Source: a candidate division FCPU426 bacterium
Lineage (GTDB): Bacteria; Oederibacteriota; Muellerivitia; Muellerivitales; Muellerivitaceae
DNA length: 64,000 bases
Assembly: GCA_963830915.1 (NCBI GenBank)
Contig: CAWHOE010000051.1
Span: 96,001 to 160,000 of the forward strand
Direction of reading: 5' to 3'
Shown here: positions 33,293 to 45,076 of the stretch, piece by piece
Layout: every line of letters begins with the position of its first letter
How positions within the stretch are numbered: the first letter of the stretch is position 1
Notes under the pieces: generated by a model
Database searches by the model: none
Seen by the model: only the letters and a program-made list of their open reading frames with translations
What the model was told of the DNA's origin: nothing
Made by a program: the position numbers and the translations under genes

Positions 33293-36180
33293 ATGAATAT
33301 AAAGAAATTTATTAACCTGAGCATTCTTTCGTTATTGATGATATCGCCCGTGAATATGGCTTTCGGAGGCCCCGCGGTCGAGATAACCGATACCACCACC
33401 CCACCTCAAATCGATGGGGATCTTTCGGATTGGACCATACCTCCTGCGGTCATTCTGGATAAAAAAGAACAAGTTGTCCTTGGACAAAATGATTGGACCG
33501 GACCTGATTATGCCAGCGCCAAGATATACCTGACCTATGATCAAAAAAATCTTTATATCGGTGTTGATATCAAGGATAAAACTCCCCAATACAACGGCCA
33601 AGATGCCAGCGGTATTTACAATGGCGACGCTATGGAATTCTATGTGGGTACTGACCTTACCGACACCAAGAGAACCGCTTATGCTCCAACGGATGTCCAA
33701 TTTTTTATCTCGCCGGGCAAATATGGGGAAAATGCAGTGGTTTATTCAGCCACGGACAAAGGTAAAATCCCAGATTCACAAGTCGCGACTAAAGCCACTG
33801 CGACTGGCTACACCCTCGAAGCGTCAATTCCCCTAAAGTATTTTTACAAGATAAACGTGGGCCCGGGCAAAACCATTGGGTTCGATGTAGGTTTAGACGA
33901 TGTTGGTTCCGCCGCGAAGGTGCGAACCCTCCAAATGACTTGGACCCAACAGGACAAGAGCTGGCAAGATCCCTCGCAATGGGGAACGCTGACATTCAAG
34001 GGCGACACAGTTTATCTGAATAAAGAACCTAAATTGTCGATGCCCGGTTCGGTCCAAGTAGAGACGGATCCGCCGCTGGGCGAAAGAATGCTTCCACGCT
34101 TGGTACCCTAATCTGGGGTTTCAATGGGGATTTGGGTGGATTCACTGGAGCGGTTACTCAGGAGACGACCATAGTAAGCGAAGGAACAGGTTCGTTGTCG
34201 GTTAATACGGATGGCTCCTCGGGTTGGAATCAAAATCTTGCGGTATGTACGAGTATCCCCATTTCGGAAAAATGGGTGGATTTCAAGGCGATCACAATGG
34301 ATGTTTATTTCCCGGTGGGTAGCCTTGCCAAAGCGTCTTACGGGGAAGTCTATCTGATCACTCAAAGCCCCGCTAATAATTGGTACGAGATAAAAATGGG
34401 TGTGCATGAGGGTTGGAATCATCTCCGAACGGAGGTTGACGGGACCCAGTTCAAGGGCGGCATTACTAAAGTTTACATGGTCTTCAATTCGGGTGGCCCG
34501 ATCAAAGGTTCGGTCATAGTCGATAATATTAGAGGAATAGCAAAAGGCGCGGCCACTGTTCTGAAGGGAACAGTTACGAATAAATCGGGAGCACCGATTT
34601 CGGGAGCGATCGTAGCTGTCGCAAAAAAATTGGTTAAGTCAGGTCAAGATGGAACTTTTAACATCGATCTACCGGAAGATGATTATATCGCTGAAGTATT
34701 CAAACCAGGTTATGAGGCTTACAAGGAAAACCTGAGGGTTTCAGCTTCCAAAGAAAATGTGTGGACTGTCAAAATGAGTTCTAATACATCGGTTCCACAC
34801 TCGGCGATCGCGGATATTTTCTTCGATAAAAAGGTGCGTACGATCGATCCGCATTACATGTTTGGTAATAACATGGCGGCTTGGTATGATCCCAAGTGGG
34901 TTTCCGATCCGGTCGGGGTCAAAAAAATAACAGCCATTTCAAATTATATCCGTGTTCCGGGCGGAGCTTACGGGAACGTCTGGAATTGGAAAACCGGCGA
35001 GGTGTTCCGTAAGGATGGAGTAAGTGTTCAATGGACTCCTGATTTTAAATGGGCCGGAATGGTCGATTATTTGAAGAAAACCAATTCCGAACCCATGTTA
35101 ATCGCCAACATTATGACGATGGATGTCCAAAATTGCCTGGATTGGATCGCTGATGCCAAGGCCAAAGGCTTGACCGTGAAATATGTTGAGTTGGGCAATG
35201 AACCGGATTATGAAGCGGATCTGGCATATAAAGGGCAGACTCAATATTGGACGGTCATTGATAACTATTGCGAACATTATTTGGAATTCGCCAAGGCGAT
35301 TAAGGCCAAATATCCTGATATCAAACTGATGGGGCCAACCCCCGCTCAAGTGGAGAATCATGAACGAAAAGAAGGGGCACCTTGGTTAGCTCCGGCAAGC
35401 GCGCCTTGGTGGGTCGAACGATTCCTGGAAAAGTGCGGGCCTTATGTCGATGTAGTTTCGGTCCATAGTTATCCCTATTGGAGCAATGACAGCGACCTGA
35501 ACTTGATGTCCAAAACGAATCATTGGGCAGAATTTATCCCAAAAATACGAGAATCGATCAAGAAAAACATACCTGATCGAGCTGATCAGATCGAGATCGC
35601 GGTAAGCGAATGGAATTCTGGCGATGAGAATTCAACGACTGCTCGTTTGATAAACGGCATTTTTTGCGGTGATTACCTTGCTCAAATGATGCTGTACGGA
35701 GTAAGCCAGACAAATATTTGGGATATGTACACCCAAAAGCCTGGGCAAGGTGGTGGCCATGGGGTTTTGGATCCAGTGAACGATCCCGACCGACCTTTCG
35801 CGGAAAGATGTTCTTACTGGGCTATTTATATGTTGGAAAGGTATTTCGGAACGACCCTTTACAACGCAAGAACGAATGTCGATGAGATGGATGCTTACGC
35901 GAGTTCCAAGGGTGGGAAGAAATATTTGATGTTCGTAAATAAAGACTCAAAAGCCGCTTATAAAACAGCGGTCAATCTCGGGCCTTCTTTCAAGGGAAGG
36001 TTCAAGCTGGATGTTTACCAATTCAGTTCTAAAGAGTATCAATGGAGCGAAAATCTTTATCGGGCAGTGATCAATTCTGGACCATCCCATTTGAAATGTT
36101 CTCAAGTGGTTAAAAACAGGTTCGAATATACATTTCCGCCTTTTTCGATCACTTGTATAGAGATGACGCCGACGAAATAA
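33293..36180 (+). CDS. secreted multimodular glycoside hydrolase (CBM9-like, CBM-like, carboxypeptidase-regulatory-like, clan GH-A GH51/GH44/GH79-like catalytic domain); 1-nt frameshift near 34070
   Basis: PQIDGDLSDW...YDQKNLY...GYTLEASIP (CBM9-like); IRVPGG, ELGNEPD acid/base, SVHSYP, VSEWN nucleophile. Adding one base in gatccgcc joins ORFs 33272-34111 and 34132-36180. Confidence 0.78.
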
Positions 36181-36295
36181 CTAAAAGCCCTTCCAAAAGG
36201 CTCCTTTAACCAAGAAACTGACAAATTTCTTGGAGCGGTAAAACCCGTGTGTTAAATTGTTTTTATTGAGTTTTTCCCCTAAGGAGCCTTTCACG

Positions 36296-38377
36296 GTGTC
36301 CGAAGACAAAGCTGTCCTTATCAAGACTGCTTATTCCTATTATCAAAAAGGCGATTGGGACCGAGCTATTGAGGAGTATCACAAGCTCGCGATTTTGGAT
36401 CCCAAAGATCTTAACGTCCATAATATGTTAGCTGATATTTATGCAAAAAAAGGCGACATACCCGAAGCACTCCAACAATACGACCTGGTAGCCCAAGGAT
36501 TTGACCAGAAGAACCAGGTAGACAAGGTTCTCCAGGTTTATAAAAGGATGTTGAGGCTAGTACCTAACGACCCGGACCTAGTGACCGCGGTTAAAAATTT
36601 GGTGGATAAATACCTGGATCGCGCCTCAAAAGCAGAGGAAGAAGAACCTGAAAAAGCCATCGAGATATATCGTTCAATTTTGAAAGCCGAACCCAGCCGT
36701 TTAGATGCCAATTTCCAATATTCCAAACTTCTGATGAAAAAGGGCCAGAAATTCGAGGCCATTGAGACATTAATGAATTTGGCTTCAGTTTTAGATCCTG
36801 CTACCCAGACTGGCAGGCTCGCCGAAGTCCTTCAAATGATCGTGGACTTTGACCCCATGAACATCGAAGCCCGCGAGAATCTGGCCGATTTACTGATCCA
36901 AGCCCGTCAGACCGAAGCGGCTATCAAGAACCTTCAGGATTTGATCGAGCTTTACATCCGCAAGAATGATTTTATCAAGGCGGAGGAAATCGCTCGAAAG
37001 ACCATCGAACTAGGCGATCAGAATACCTATTACCACCTGGGAGTAATTTACTTTAACCAACAAAAATATAATGAAAGCAAAGGAGCTTTTGAAAAGTTCC
37101 TGACCCAACAAGAAGCCCATGTGGGCGCTTTGAAATACTTAGCGCTTGTATTTATCCGACTGAATCAGAACCAACAAGCTGTCCAGATCTATCTTCGAAT
37201 TCTAGATGTTTATTTTAATGAGAACCTTTTGGATGAGGCGCGTGAAGTAAGACAAACCATTTTGGATCTCGATCCCCAAAATACTAACGTAATGCAATAC
37301 CCGCTGAACCAGAATTTGATTCCTCCAGAACCAATTATTGAGGAAACTTCTCTGCCAGAAGCTCCTCAGGAAAATCTTGATACGGCATTGGAAGAACAGG
37401 AAATCCAGGATTATTTTCTTCAAGCCCAATCCTATTCGGAAAAAGGGCTTTATGAACAGGCGATCGACCTTTACCTCGATATGTTGAAAAGATGGCCCCA
37501 ACTTCCTGATATACGTACCCGGCTTCAACAAGTTTATGCCCTTATGGCTCGTTCAGTTGAACCCGTTGAAAAGTATCCCTCGCCCGAGGAGATCAAAACC
37601 GAATTGGAAAAGGAATTAAGGGAGCAAATGCGGCGTGAATTGGAAGAACAAGCCCGGCAAACCAAGGAAATACAAAATGAAATGGACCGCAAACGGGAAA
37701 TGGACCAAATGAGACTAAAACAGGAACTGGAATCGAAGCTCTTGGAACAGGTCCATCGGTCTAAAGAGGATGAACTTAGAATTCAAATCACCAGGGAGTT
37801 TGAGGAAAAGCAAAGATTATTGGCACTGGAAAAGGAAAAATTGGAAAAGGAAACAGCCCAATCGTATGAGCTCCTAAAGGCCGAGTTGGAAGAAACTAAG
37901 GCATCCCTTGAGTCGAAGATACGGGAACAGATCGAAAGAGAGATGAAAGAGAAGACCGAAAAAGAAGCACAGCGAGATAGTCAGATCCACGCCGCAATGC
38001 AAGAAGAAGAGCTGAAAAGACAGCAATATGACCTTCAAAAGAAAGAACAAGAAGCGGCTAAGGCAAAGATCAATCAAGAAATACATCAAGGCATGGAACG
38101 TCTTAGGATGGAAAAAGAAAAAGAAAGTAAAATTCAACCAACTGTAATTTCCGCTCAACCGCCAGAAGGAATAGAAAAAGAAACATCTAAAAATACATCC
38201 CCGTCAAAAGAAGTATTAGATGATCCGTTTATACGGCAGACCCTTGCGGATATTTACGCCAAACAAGGGCTCTATATGGAGGCGCTTAAAATATATGAAC
38301 GAATACTTAATGACGAACCAGATAATCATGATGTCAAAGAAAAGCTTCGTGATATCTTGCGTATGAAAGGTATTTAA
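36296..38377 (+). CDS. tetratricopeptide repeat protein with long coiled coil
   Basis: Multiple TPR units, E/K/Q-rich coiled coil, C-terminal TLADIYAKQG TPR; GTG start with AAGGAG SD. Confidence 0.85.
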   Translation: MSEDKAVLIKTAYSYYQKGDWDRAIEEYHKLAILDPKDLNVHNMLADIYAKKGDIPEALQQYDLVAQGFDQKNQVDKVLQVYKRMLRLVPNDPDLVTAVKNLVDKYLDRASKAEEEEPEKAIEIYRSILKAEPSRLDANFQYSKLLMKKGQKFEAIETLMNLASVLDPATQTGRLAEVLQMIVDFDPMNIEARENLADLLIQARQTEAAIKNLQDLIELYIRKNDFIKAEEIARKTIELGDQNTYYHLGVIYFNQQKYNESKGAFEKFLTQQEAHVGALKYLALVFIRLNQNQQAVQIYLRILDVYFNENLLDEAREVRQTILDLDPQNTNVMQYPLNQNLIPPEPIIEETSLPEAPQENLDTALEEQEIQDYFLQAQSYSEKGLYEQAIDLYLDMLKRWPQLPDIRTRLQQVYALMARSVEPVEKYPSPEEIKTELEKELREQMRRELEEQARQTKEIQNEMDRKREMDQMRLKQELESKLLEQVHRSKEDELRIQITREFEEKQRLLALEKEKLEKETAQSYELLKAELEETKASLESKIREQIEREMKEKTEKEAQRDSQIHAAMQEEELKRQQYDLQKKEQEAAKAKINQEIHQGMERLRMEKEKESKIQPTVISAQPPEGIEKETSKNTSPSKEVLDDPFIRQTLADIYAKQGLYMEALKIYERILNDEPDNHDVKEKLRDILRMKGI

Positions 38378-38689
38378 TAGAAACATTAGCTTTTTCGCTT
38401 TTGGTTGAATTAAAAAAATATGTTTCTCATTGTGGTGGGAAGGGCTTGATTTATTACTCAAAGGTAGTAATTCATTCCAGAAAAAACGCTTTTTGCTATG
38501 TTTTGCCAATGATTTTCTTAAGAAAATCGGTTTAGTAAAACAAAATTATCTAAATTTCCAATAATAAACTTAGAAAGAATTCTGTCAAATTCCCCACTTT
38601 TTTAACGTTCTGATGACAGTTTTAATAAAAAATCATTAACTTTTTGAGCCAAAAAAGTCGTTTTTTGTGATATTTTATGGCGATTGTAT

Positions 38690-38704
38690 TGGCACCCATT
38701 TTGC
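38690..38704 (+). promoter_or_regulatory. sigma54 (-24/-12) promoter
   Basis: Exact TGGCAC-N5-TTGC (tggcac ccatt ttgc) about 40 bp upstream of the 38743 ORF, in a long AT-rich intergenic region. Confidence 0.75.
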
Positions 38705-38742
38705 TTATTCATTAACTCAAATTTCAAATCCGGGGGCAGAAA

Positions 38743-41055
38743 ATGAATTCTTGGCGCTCATTCATGAAAATGTTGATGATCTCTTTGCTGGGGGGGACCG
38801 CAGTTTTCATAGGTTGTACCCGGCAAATTTCAGTACCTGTGAGCCCTGAGGCGGTCACTACTCTTTATACATCTACAGCTACCAGTACCCCTACGATTAC
38901 CAATACACCTCTTGGCCCTACGAACACACCAACATTTACTTTTACTTGGACTGGAACAAATACTTGGACTCCAACAAATACTTGGACTAATACTAACACC
39001 CCAACTGGACCGACAAACACATTCACTTGGACAGGTACTCCGACCTGGACAGGTACCCCTACCTTCACATTTACGATTACTAATACTCCAACAATAACCA
39101 ACACTCCTACCAATACTAATACTGGTATCCCGAACACTAATACATTTACAAATACTCCAACAGTACCGACCAATACTCCAACTAATACTCCGACTGCTAC
39201 ACCCAATCCTTTTATGATCGCTGACTTTGAGGAGGGTGGGGCCCAAGATGTTACTGGAACCCCAGCAAATCTAAGCGGATATTGGTACAGCGTACCCAGT
39301 AGCGATACAACTGAATTGCCCGGGACAACATTCACTCTAACTTCTCCAGGTTACAATTCGTCCAATTGCGCGGCTGTTTCTGGGACAACTGGTACCACCG
39401 CACCTGTATACGCCAAGTTGGCTGGAGATTTCACTAATCCCGCTGCTCCTATTAACCTAAATACAGCGGCCCCTGGTGCAAATGCGTTTGTTTTCTACAT
39501 TAAGAGTGCTGGTGGGTTGACTTCCCAAGTTTGGTTCTCCGTGGAAGACTCAACAACAGCTTCTACTTCGGATTGGGCAGGTTCCTATGTGCCTGTAACA
39601 TCTGGATGGACCGCTGTAACAGTTTGCTTTAATCACATGCAAAGCCAAGGATGGGGCAGCCCAGGCCATATGTTAGATGTGACTACGGCCCAAAGCTTCT
39701 CTTGGGAAATTACGGCTCCTTCAACTGCCTTCAACATACAGGTAGATAATTTCCAGTTTGCCACGGTAGCTGGAGCCCTTTGCCCAGCATTTACCGCGAC
39801 TCCTACACCCAATCCGTTTTTAATCGATAATTTTGAAGCTGATACAAACCAATTGCCGGCGAATGCTGGTAGGAATGGTTATTGGGCCACTTATGTGGAT
39901 CCCAATGGTTCAACCATTACACCCGCTGCTGGTTCAACGTTTGCGCCAGTTTCTCCGGGGAATGGGACTTCGAACTTTTGCGCTAATATAAACGGTACCC
40001 AGGCGCCTCCAAGCGCGGGATATGCCAGCACCTATGCTGGTCTTAGCGTCAATTTTGTTAATCCTAAAGGACCCTATAACATCACAACCAGTGTTCCAGG
40101 AGCAACTGGGGTTGCTTTCTACATGAAAACTACTTACACCGGGACTTGTTTTACTCCCGCTGTAAGATTTTCCATAACGGATGGAACTACTGATTCCTTG
40201 AACGACGGAAATGGAGTGGATCTTACTCTACCCACACAGGGGACTTGGACACCTGTTACCGTCTTCTTCAACCAGATGATGACCACCGGAGCATCGGTAT
40301 CTCAAACACATGTGTTTGATGCAACAACGGCCACCTCCATGAAGTGGCAGTTCCAACAGGAAGGTGCGGGTTACAATATTTCAATCGATGACATCTACTT
40401 TGTTACCACAACACCTCCAACAGCGGCGGTGCCGCCAACTTGGCCGGTAGCTCTAATTGATGATATGGAGGGTGGGACTAACCAAATCCTTCTTAATGGT
40501 CAAGGTGGAGTGACACGAGGTGGATATTGGTACTCGGTTGTCGATCCATTCGGAAGCACGATTTGTCCGCCCGCAGCGTCTCCAAGCGCTCCATTCATCA
40601 TGAATTCGCCTGGTTATCCGTCCTCGCCTTACGGTGGAAACTATTGCGCCCGTATTTCAGGAGTAATAGCGGCTCCTTGCGGTCCACCGTATTCAACTTG
40701 CCCATATGTAGAAATGGGGTTCAACTTCTTGAATCCGCAAGGACCATACAATATATCTACATATGGATATACCGGGATCGAATTTTACGCGAAAGCTGCG
40801 ACTGCCGGAACTTCGGTTGCTATTGGGATCAGCGATGCCACAACAATCCCGTCAAGCGATGTTAACTCATTTACTAACAGTTACACGACATCGTGGGCTT
40901 TATATAAAGTGACTTTCGCTTCGATGGTAACTGGTGGTTGGGGTGTGCCAACGACACATGCACTTGATACCACTACAATAACAGCCGTAACCTTTAAGGA
41001 CACAACGGGTAGCACAACCTACGACTTCTCGGTTGATGACATCTCGTTCTATTGA
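38743..41055 (+). CDS. lipoprotein with Thr-alternating linker and three tandem CBM11/CIA30-like beta-sandwich modules
   Basis: Lipobox FIGC. Three modules begin IADFE/IDNFE/IDDME with G.W, and end QVDNFQF/SIDDIYF/SVDDISF. No catalytic motif seen. Confidence 0.72.
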   Translation: MNSWRSFMKMLMISLLGGTAVFIGCTRQISVPVSPEAVTTLYTSTATSTPTITNTPLGPTNTPTFTFTWTGTNTWTPTNTWTNTNTPTGPTNTFTWTGTPTWTGTPTFTFTITNTPTITNTPTNTNTGIPNTNTFTNTPTVPTNTPTNTPTATPNPFMIADFEEGGAQDVTGTPANLSGYWYSVPSSDTTELPGTTFTLTSPGYNSSNCAAVSGTTGTTAPVYAKLAGDFTNPAAPINLNTAAPGANAFVFYIKSAGGLTSQVWFSVEDSTTASTSDWAGSYVPVTSGWTAVTVCFNHMQSQGWGSPGHMLDVTTAQSFSWEITAPSTAFNIQVDNFQFATVAGALCPAFTATPTPNPFLIDNFEADTNQLPANAGRNGYWATYVDPNGSTITPAAGSTFAPVSPGNGTSNFCANINGTQAPPSAGYASTYAGLSVNFVNPKGPYNITTSVPGATGVAFYMKTTYTGTCFTPAVRFSITDGTTDSLNDGNGVDLTLPTQGTWTPVTVFFNQMMTTGASVSQTHVFDATTATSMKWQFQQEGAGYNISIDDIYFVTTTPPTAAVPPTWPVALIDDMEGGTNQILLNGQGGVTRGGYWYSVVDPFGSTICPPAASPSAPFIMNSPGYPSSPYGGNYCARISGVIAAPCGPPYSTCPYVEMGFNFLNPQGPYNISTYGYTGIEFYAKAATAGTSVAIGISDATTIPSSDVNSFTNSYTTSWALYKVTFASMVTGGWGVPTTHALDTTTITAVTFKDTTGSTTYDFSVDDISFY
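38878..39204 (+). repeat. low-complexity (T-x)n repeat coding region
   Basis: TPTITNT..TFTFTWTGTNTWTPTNTWTNT..TPTNTPTATP. Confidence 0.85.
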
Positions 41056-41084
41056 TCTAAAGAAGTTTTAAAGCAGTTCTCATT

Positions 41085-41121
41085 AGAAACCCGTTCCGTA
41101 AGGGGCGGGTTTCTTTTTTTT
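41085..41121 (+). terminator. rho-independent terminator
   Basis: agaaacccgttcc-gtaa-ggggcgggtttct stem followed by a T run. Confidence 0.85.
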
Positions 41122-41160
41122 GACCTTGTTTTGATTTCTCGGCCTTCCCATAATGAATCC

Positions 41161-43149
41161 ATGCCATTCCAACTTATCTCTGATTACATACCGGCTGGTG
41201 ACCAACCTCAAGCTATCGAAAAGCTTTCAAAAAATCTTGAGAAGGGAGCACCACACCAGACCCTTCTAGGGGTAACAGGTTCAGGTAAAACATTCACCAT
41301 GGCCCATGTTATCCAAAAGGTACAACGCCCTGCTTTGGTGATTTCTCATAACAAAACCCTGGCGGCGCAGCTTTATAGTGAATTCAAGGAATTCTTCCCT
41401 AATAACGCCGTGGCCTATTTCGTCAGTTATTACGATTATTACCAACCGGAAGCCTATATTCCTCATACGGACACCTTTATTGAGAAAGATGCCTCAATAA
41501 ATGTTGAATTGGATCGTTTGAGGCTGGAAGCAACGGCTTTATTGCAGGAAAGAAAAGATGTCATTATTGTCGCTTCGGTGTCCTGTATCTATGGGCTAGG
41601 TTCGCCAGAACATTACAAGGAAATGCACTTGGTTGTTCGGGAAGGACAGGAAACTCAAAGGGAGAAATTCCTTCACGATTTAGTGGAGATCCAATACAAC
41701 CGAAATGATATTGAATTTTCCCGGGGGAAATTCAGGGTTAAAGGGGATGTGATTGAGATATTCCCGGCTTATGGTGAAAACCCTTTTCGAATTGAGTTTT
41801 TCGGGGACGAAGTTGAAAAGATTTCCGAGATAGACCCTGTGACTGGTAAATCCATGAATCGGAGGACTTTGTTACCCATTTATCCAGCAAAACATTATGT
41901 TATGCCTCAAACGGTATTAAAAAGGGCTGTGCAAGACATTCAAGATGAACTTAGGGATCGTCTGCAAGAGTTGAATCAAGCCAATAAACTGGTTGAAGCC
42001 CAAAGATTAGAACAGCGGACCCAATATGATCTGGAAATGATAGAAGAAATGGGATACTGCCAAGGGATTGAAAACTACAGCCGCCATTTTGAGGGCCGGA
42101 AAACTGGAGCACCGCCATACACACTTTTAGATTATTTTCCCAAGGATTTTCTGACATTTATTGATGAATCCCACGTGACTATCCCACAACTCAATGGCAT
42201 GTACAATGGGGATTTTGCCAGGAAAAAAAACCTTGTGGATTTTGGTTTTCGGTTGAAATGCGCGTTTGATAATCGGCCATTACGGTATAAGGAATTCAAT
42301 GAAAAGGTTGGACAGGTAATCTATGTTTCCGCTACTCCGAGTAAAGAAGAGATGGGATTAAGTAAAGGAAAGATTATTGAACAGGTTGTTCGTCCGACGG
42401 GTTTAATGGATCCCGAAATCGAGATAAGACCAGCTGTTAATCAGGTGGACGATTTGATAGGCGAAGTTCGGGAACGGGTCGGGAAGAAACAAAGAGTATT
42501 AATTACGACTCTTACGAAAAAAATGGCAGAGGATTTAAGCGGTTATCTGAAACAAATGAACATAAAAGTAGCTTATTTGCATTCGGATGTGGAAACGCTA
42601 GATCGTATTAGGATCATCCGTGACCTTCGTTTGGGTAGTTATGATGTTCTTGTCGGTGTCAATCTGCTTCGTGAAGGTTTGGATCTTCCTGAGGTAGGAT
42701 TAGTGGCGATATTGGATGCTGATAAAGAGGGTTTTCTCAGGTCGGAAGTATCATTGATGCAAACTGCGGGAAGGGCTGCGCGAAACGTTGAAGGAAAAGT
42801 GATCTTTTACGCGGATAAAGAAACAGAGTCCATTCGAAAGACTGTCGTCGAAACCAAAAGAAGACGAACCCTTCAAAACGCCTATAATCAAAAACACGGA
42901 ATCACTCCAACGACCATTAAAAAGCAGATTCGGGAGATCCTTTCTACTGTCTATGAGGCTGATTATTTCACCATTCCTTTGGCCGCGGAGAAAGAAGAAG
43001 ATTACGTTATTCCGGAAGCTATTCCTAGGAAGATCGTGGCTTTGGAAAAGGAAATGCTGATTTTCGCCCAAAAGTATGAGTATGAAAAAGCGGCTGAATT
43101 AAGGGATCAGGTTAGGCAGTTAAGGGAAAGAATCAACAAACCGATTTGA
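41161..43149 (+). CDS. uvrB: excinuclease ABC subunit B
   Basis: [22 protein letters not shown] and GRAARN motifs; C-terminal UVR domain. Confidence 0.98.
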   Translation: MPFQLISDYIPAGDQPQAIEKLSKNLEKGAPHQTLLGVTGSGKTFTMAHVIQKVQRPALVISHNKTLAAQLYSEFKEFFPNNAVAYFVSYYDYYQPEAYIPHTDTFIEKDASINVELDRLRLEATALLQERKDVIIVASVSCIYGLGSPEHYKEMHLVVREGQETQREKFLHDLVEIQYNRNDIEFSRGKFRVKGDVIEIFPAYGENPFRIEFFGDEVEKISEIDPVTGKSMNRRTLLPIYPAKHYVMPQTVLKRAVQDIQDELRDRLQELNQANKLVEAQRLEQRTQYDLEMIEEMGYCQGIENYSRHFEGRKTGAPPYTLLDYFPKDFLTFIDESHVTIPQLNGMYNGDFARKKNLVDFGFRLKCAFDNRPLRYKEFNEKVGQVIYVSATPSKEEMGLSKGKIIEQVVRPTGLMDPEIEIRPAVNQVDDLIGEVRERVGKKQRVLITTLTKKMAEDLSGYLKQMNIKVAYLHSDVETLDRIRIIRDLRLGSYDVLVGVNLLREGLDLPEVGLVAILDADKEGFLRSEVSLMQTAGRAARNVEGKVIFYADKETESIRKTVVETKRRRTLQNAYNQKHGITPTTIKKQIREILSTVYEADYFTIPLAAEKEEDYVIPEAIPRKIVALEKEMLIFAQKYEYEKAAELRDQVRQLRERINKPI

Positions 43150-43177
43150 AAATCACAATAAATATCATGGAATAACC

Positions 43178-44974
43178 TTGGAAGATCTCAAAAAAATATC
43201 TTTATCTCTACCGGACTGTCCAGGGGTTTATCTATTCAAAAACTCTTTTGACACTGTTCTTTATGTCGGCAAGGCCCTATCCCTGAAAAAAAGGGTATCA
43301 TCGTATTTCAATATAACGGCGCAAAGAAATCTTAAAATCAAAACGTTGATCTCTAATGTGGATCATCTCGATACGATTCAAACCTCCGATGAGAATCAAG
43401 CGTTACTATTGGAATGCAATTTAATCAAGAAATATAGGCCGCGTTACAATGTTGTTTTGAGAGATGATAAAAGTTATCCTTATTTGAAATTAACGATCCA
43501 GGAAGCATTCCCGAGAATTTTCATCACAAGACGCCCCGCGCAAGATGGTGCTCGGTATTACGGTCCATATCCTAATTTGAAATTGCGGGAAATTATAAAA
43601 ATGATCTATCGTTATTTTAATATCCGGGATTGTGAAATTGAAATAGACGGAAAAGCACCGCGGGCTTGTTTGAGTTATCAAATAAAACAATGCCCAGCAC
43701 CTTGTATTGGTGTGATCAAATCAGATAAATATAAAAAACTGGTAAAAAATGTCGAATGGTTCCTGGAAGGGAAACATGAAAGATTAATTGACCATGTGAA
43801 AAAGGAAATGCTTGCCGCGTCAGAACGTATGGATTATGAGGAAGCGGCTAAAAATAGAAATTTGATTTCTTCCCTGGAACAATTGCAAAGTGGATATGCC
43901 GTAATAAGTGATGAAAGAAAAGATATGGATGTGATCGCTTTTGCTGAAGGATTGGGAAAAGTATTAGCGTCCGTCCTTAGAATTAGACAGGGTAAGGTAC
44001 TGGATCATGTCCGATTTACATTAGAAAATGAATTAGAAGAACCATTAAACAAGGTTTTCCCTGAGTTTATAAAACAATTTTATGTACCTGGCGTATTTAT
44101 ACCAGAAGAGATCATCACTTCCGATGAATTGGAGCCAGAACTTTGGATCGAAAAATGGTTAAGCGACAATAAAAACTGTAAAGTGATCATTAGTGCAGCT
44201 AATAATGGTTTAAAAAGAGAATTAATGGAAATGGCAGAAAAGAATGTTCTATCTGCGTTAAAAGATGACCTCCAGCAGACAGAAGTATTAAAAGACATCA
44301 AAGGTTTATTGGGTCTGAAAACAATTCCCCGAGGTATCGCATGTTTTGATATTTCGACCTTGCAAGGGACTTTCACAGTTGGTTCGGCTGTGTTTTTCAA
44401 AGATGGAGTTCCGGAAAAGGACCGATATCGTAAATTCAAAATAAGGGAAATTAGTGGACAAGATGACTATCGAGCCCATCAAGAGATGATGCGTAGATAT
44501 CTTCATTTAATTGAAAGGGAAGGGAATTCCTCACCGGATCTATTTTTAATAGATGGCGGGAAGGGTCAATTAAACGCTGTTGAAATGATCATTAAAGAAG
44601 TCTTAAAAGAAAATTATGGGTTAGCTTCTCTTGCGAAAAGAGAAGAAGAGGTTTTTATTCCCGGAAAAAGTAAGCCGGTTGATTTTAGAGGTCATCTAAA
44701 AGCCCGTTATTTATTGCAAAGGGTCCGTGATGAGTCGCATCGATTTGCCGTGGGTTACCACAGGATCATACGGGACAGAAAAGCAATTACATCAATTTTG
44801 AAGGAAGTTAAAGGTCTTGGTCCCTCAAGGCTTAGATCTCTTTTTAATCATTTTGAATCGTTTAAGGAAATACAAGCGGCTGAAATACAAGAATTGGCTT
44901 CTGTCCAAGGCTTTTCTAGGGAATTAGCAACCGTACTACATCAGGTTTTACATAAAGAAAAAGTAAAACCCTAA
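43178..44974 (+). CDS. uvrC: excinuclease ABC subunit C
   Basis: GIY-YIG (PGVY..YVGKA), DDKSYPY, DGGKGQ, RDESHRFA and C-terminal HhH. Confidence 0.97.
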   Translation: MEDLKKISLSLPDCPGVYLFKNSFDTVLYVGKALSLKKRVSSYFNITAQRNLKIKTLISNVDHLDTIQTSDENQALLLECNLIKKYRPRYNVVLRDDKSYPYLKLTIQEAFPRIFITRRPAQDGARYYGPYPNLKLREIIKMIYRYFNIRDCEIEIDGKAPRACLSYQIKQCPAPCIGVIKSDKYKKLVKNVEWFLEGKHERLIDHVKKEMLAASERMDYEEAAKNRNLISSLEQLQSGYAVISDERKDMDVIAFAEGLGKVLASVLRIRQGKVLDHVRFTLENELEEPLNKVFPEFIKQFYVPGVFIPEEIITSDELEPELWIEKWLSDNKNCKVIISAANNGLKRELMEMAEKNVLSALKDDLQQTEVLKDIKGLLGLKTIPRGIACFDISTLQGTFTVGSAVFFKDGVPEKDRYRKFKIREISGQDDYRAHQEMMRRYLHLIEREGNSSPDLFLIDGGKGQLNAVEMIIKEVLKENYGLASLAKREEEVFIPGKSKPVDFRGHLKARYLLQRVRDESHRFAVGYHRIIRDRKAITSILKEVKGLGPSRLRSLFNHFESFKEIQAAEIQELASVQGFSRELATVLHQVLHKEKVKP

Positions 44975-45076
44975 AAAGTCAAAAATTTTACAAATCATAA
45001 AATTAATGTTATTATTCAATCAGGCCGTCAATTAAGTGACAATCTGGATATATACGACTTCGCCTAGAAATAGACC

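Noticed and set aside
38878..39204. Repetitive DNA that could be mistaken for a CRISPR array
   Set aside because: It is a degenerate in-frame Thr-rich coding repeat with no constant repeat/unique spacer pattern, and there are no cas genes
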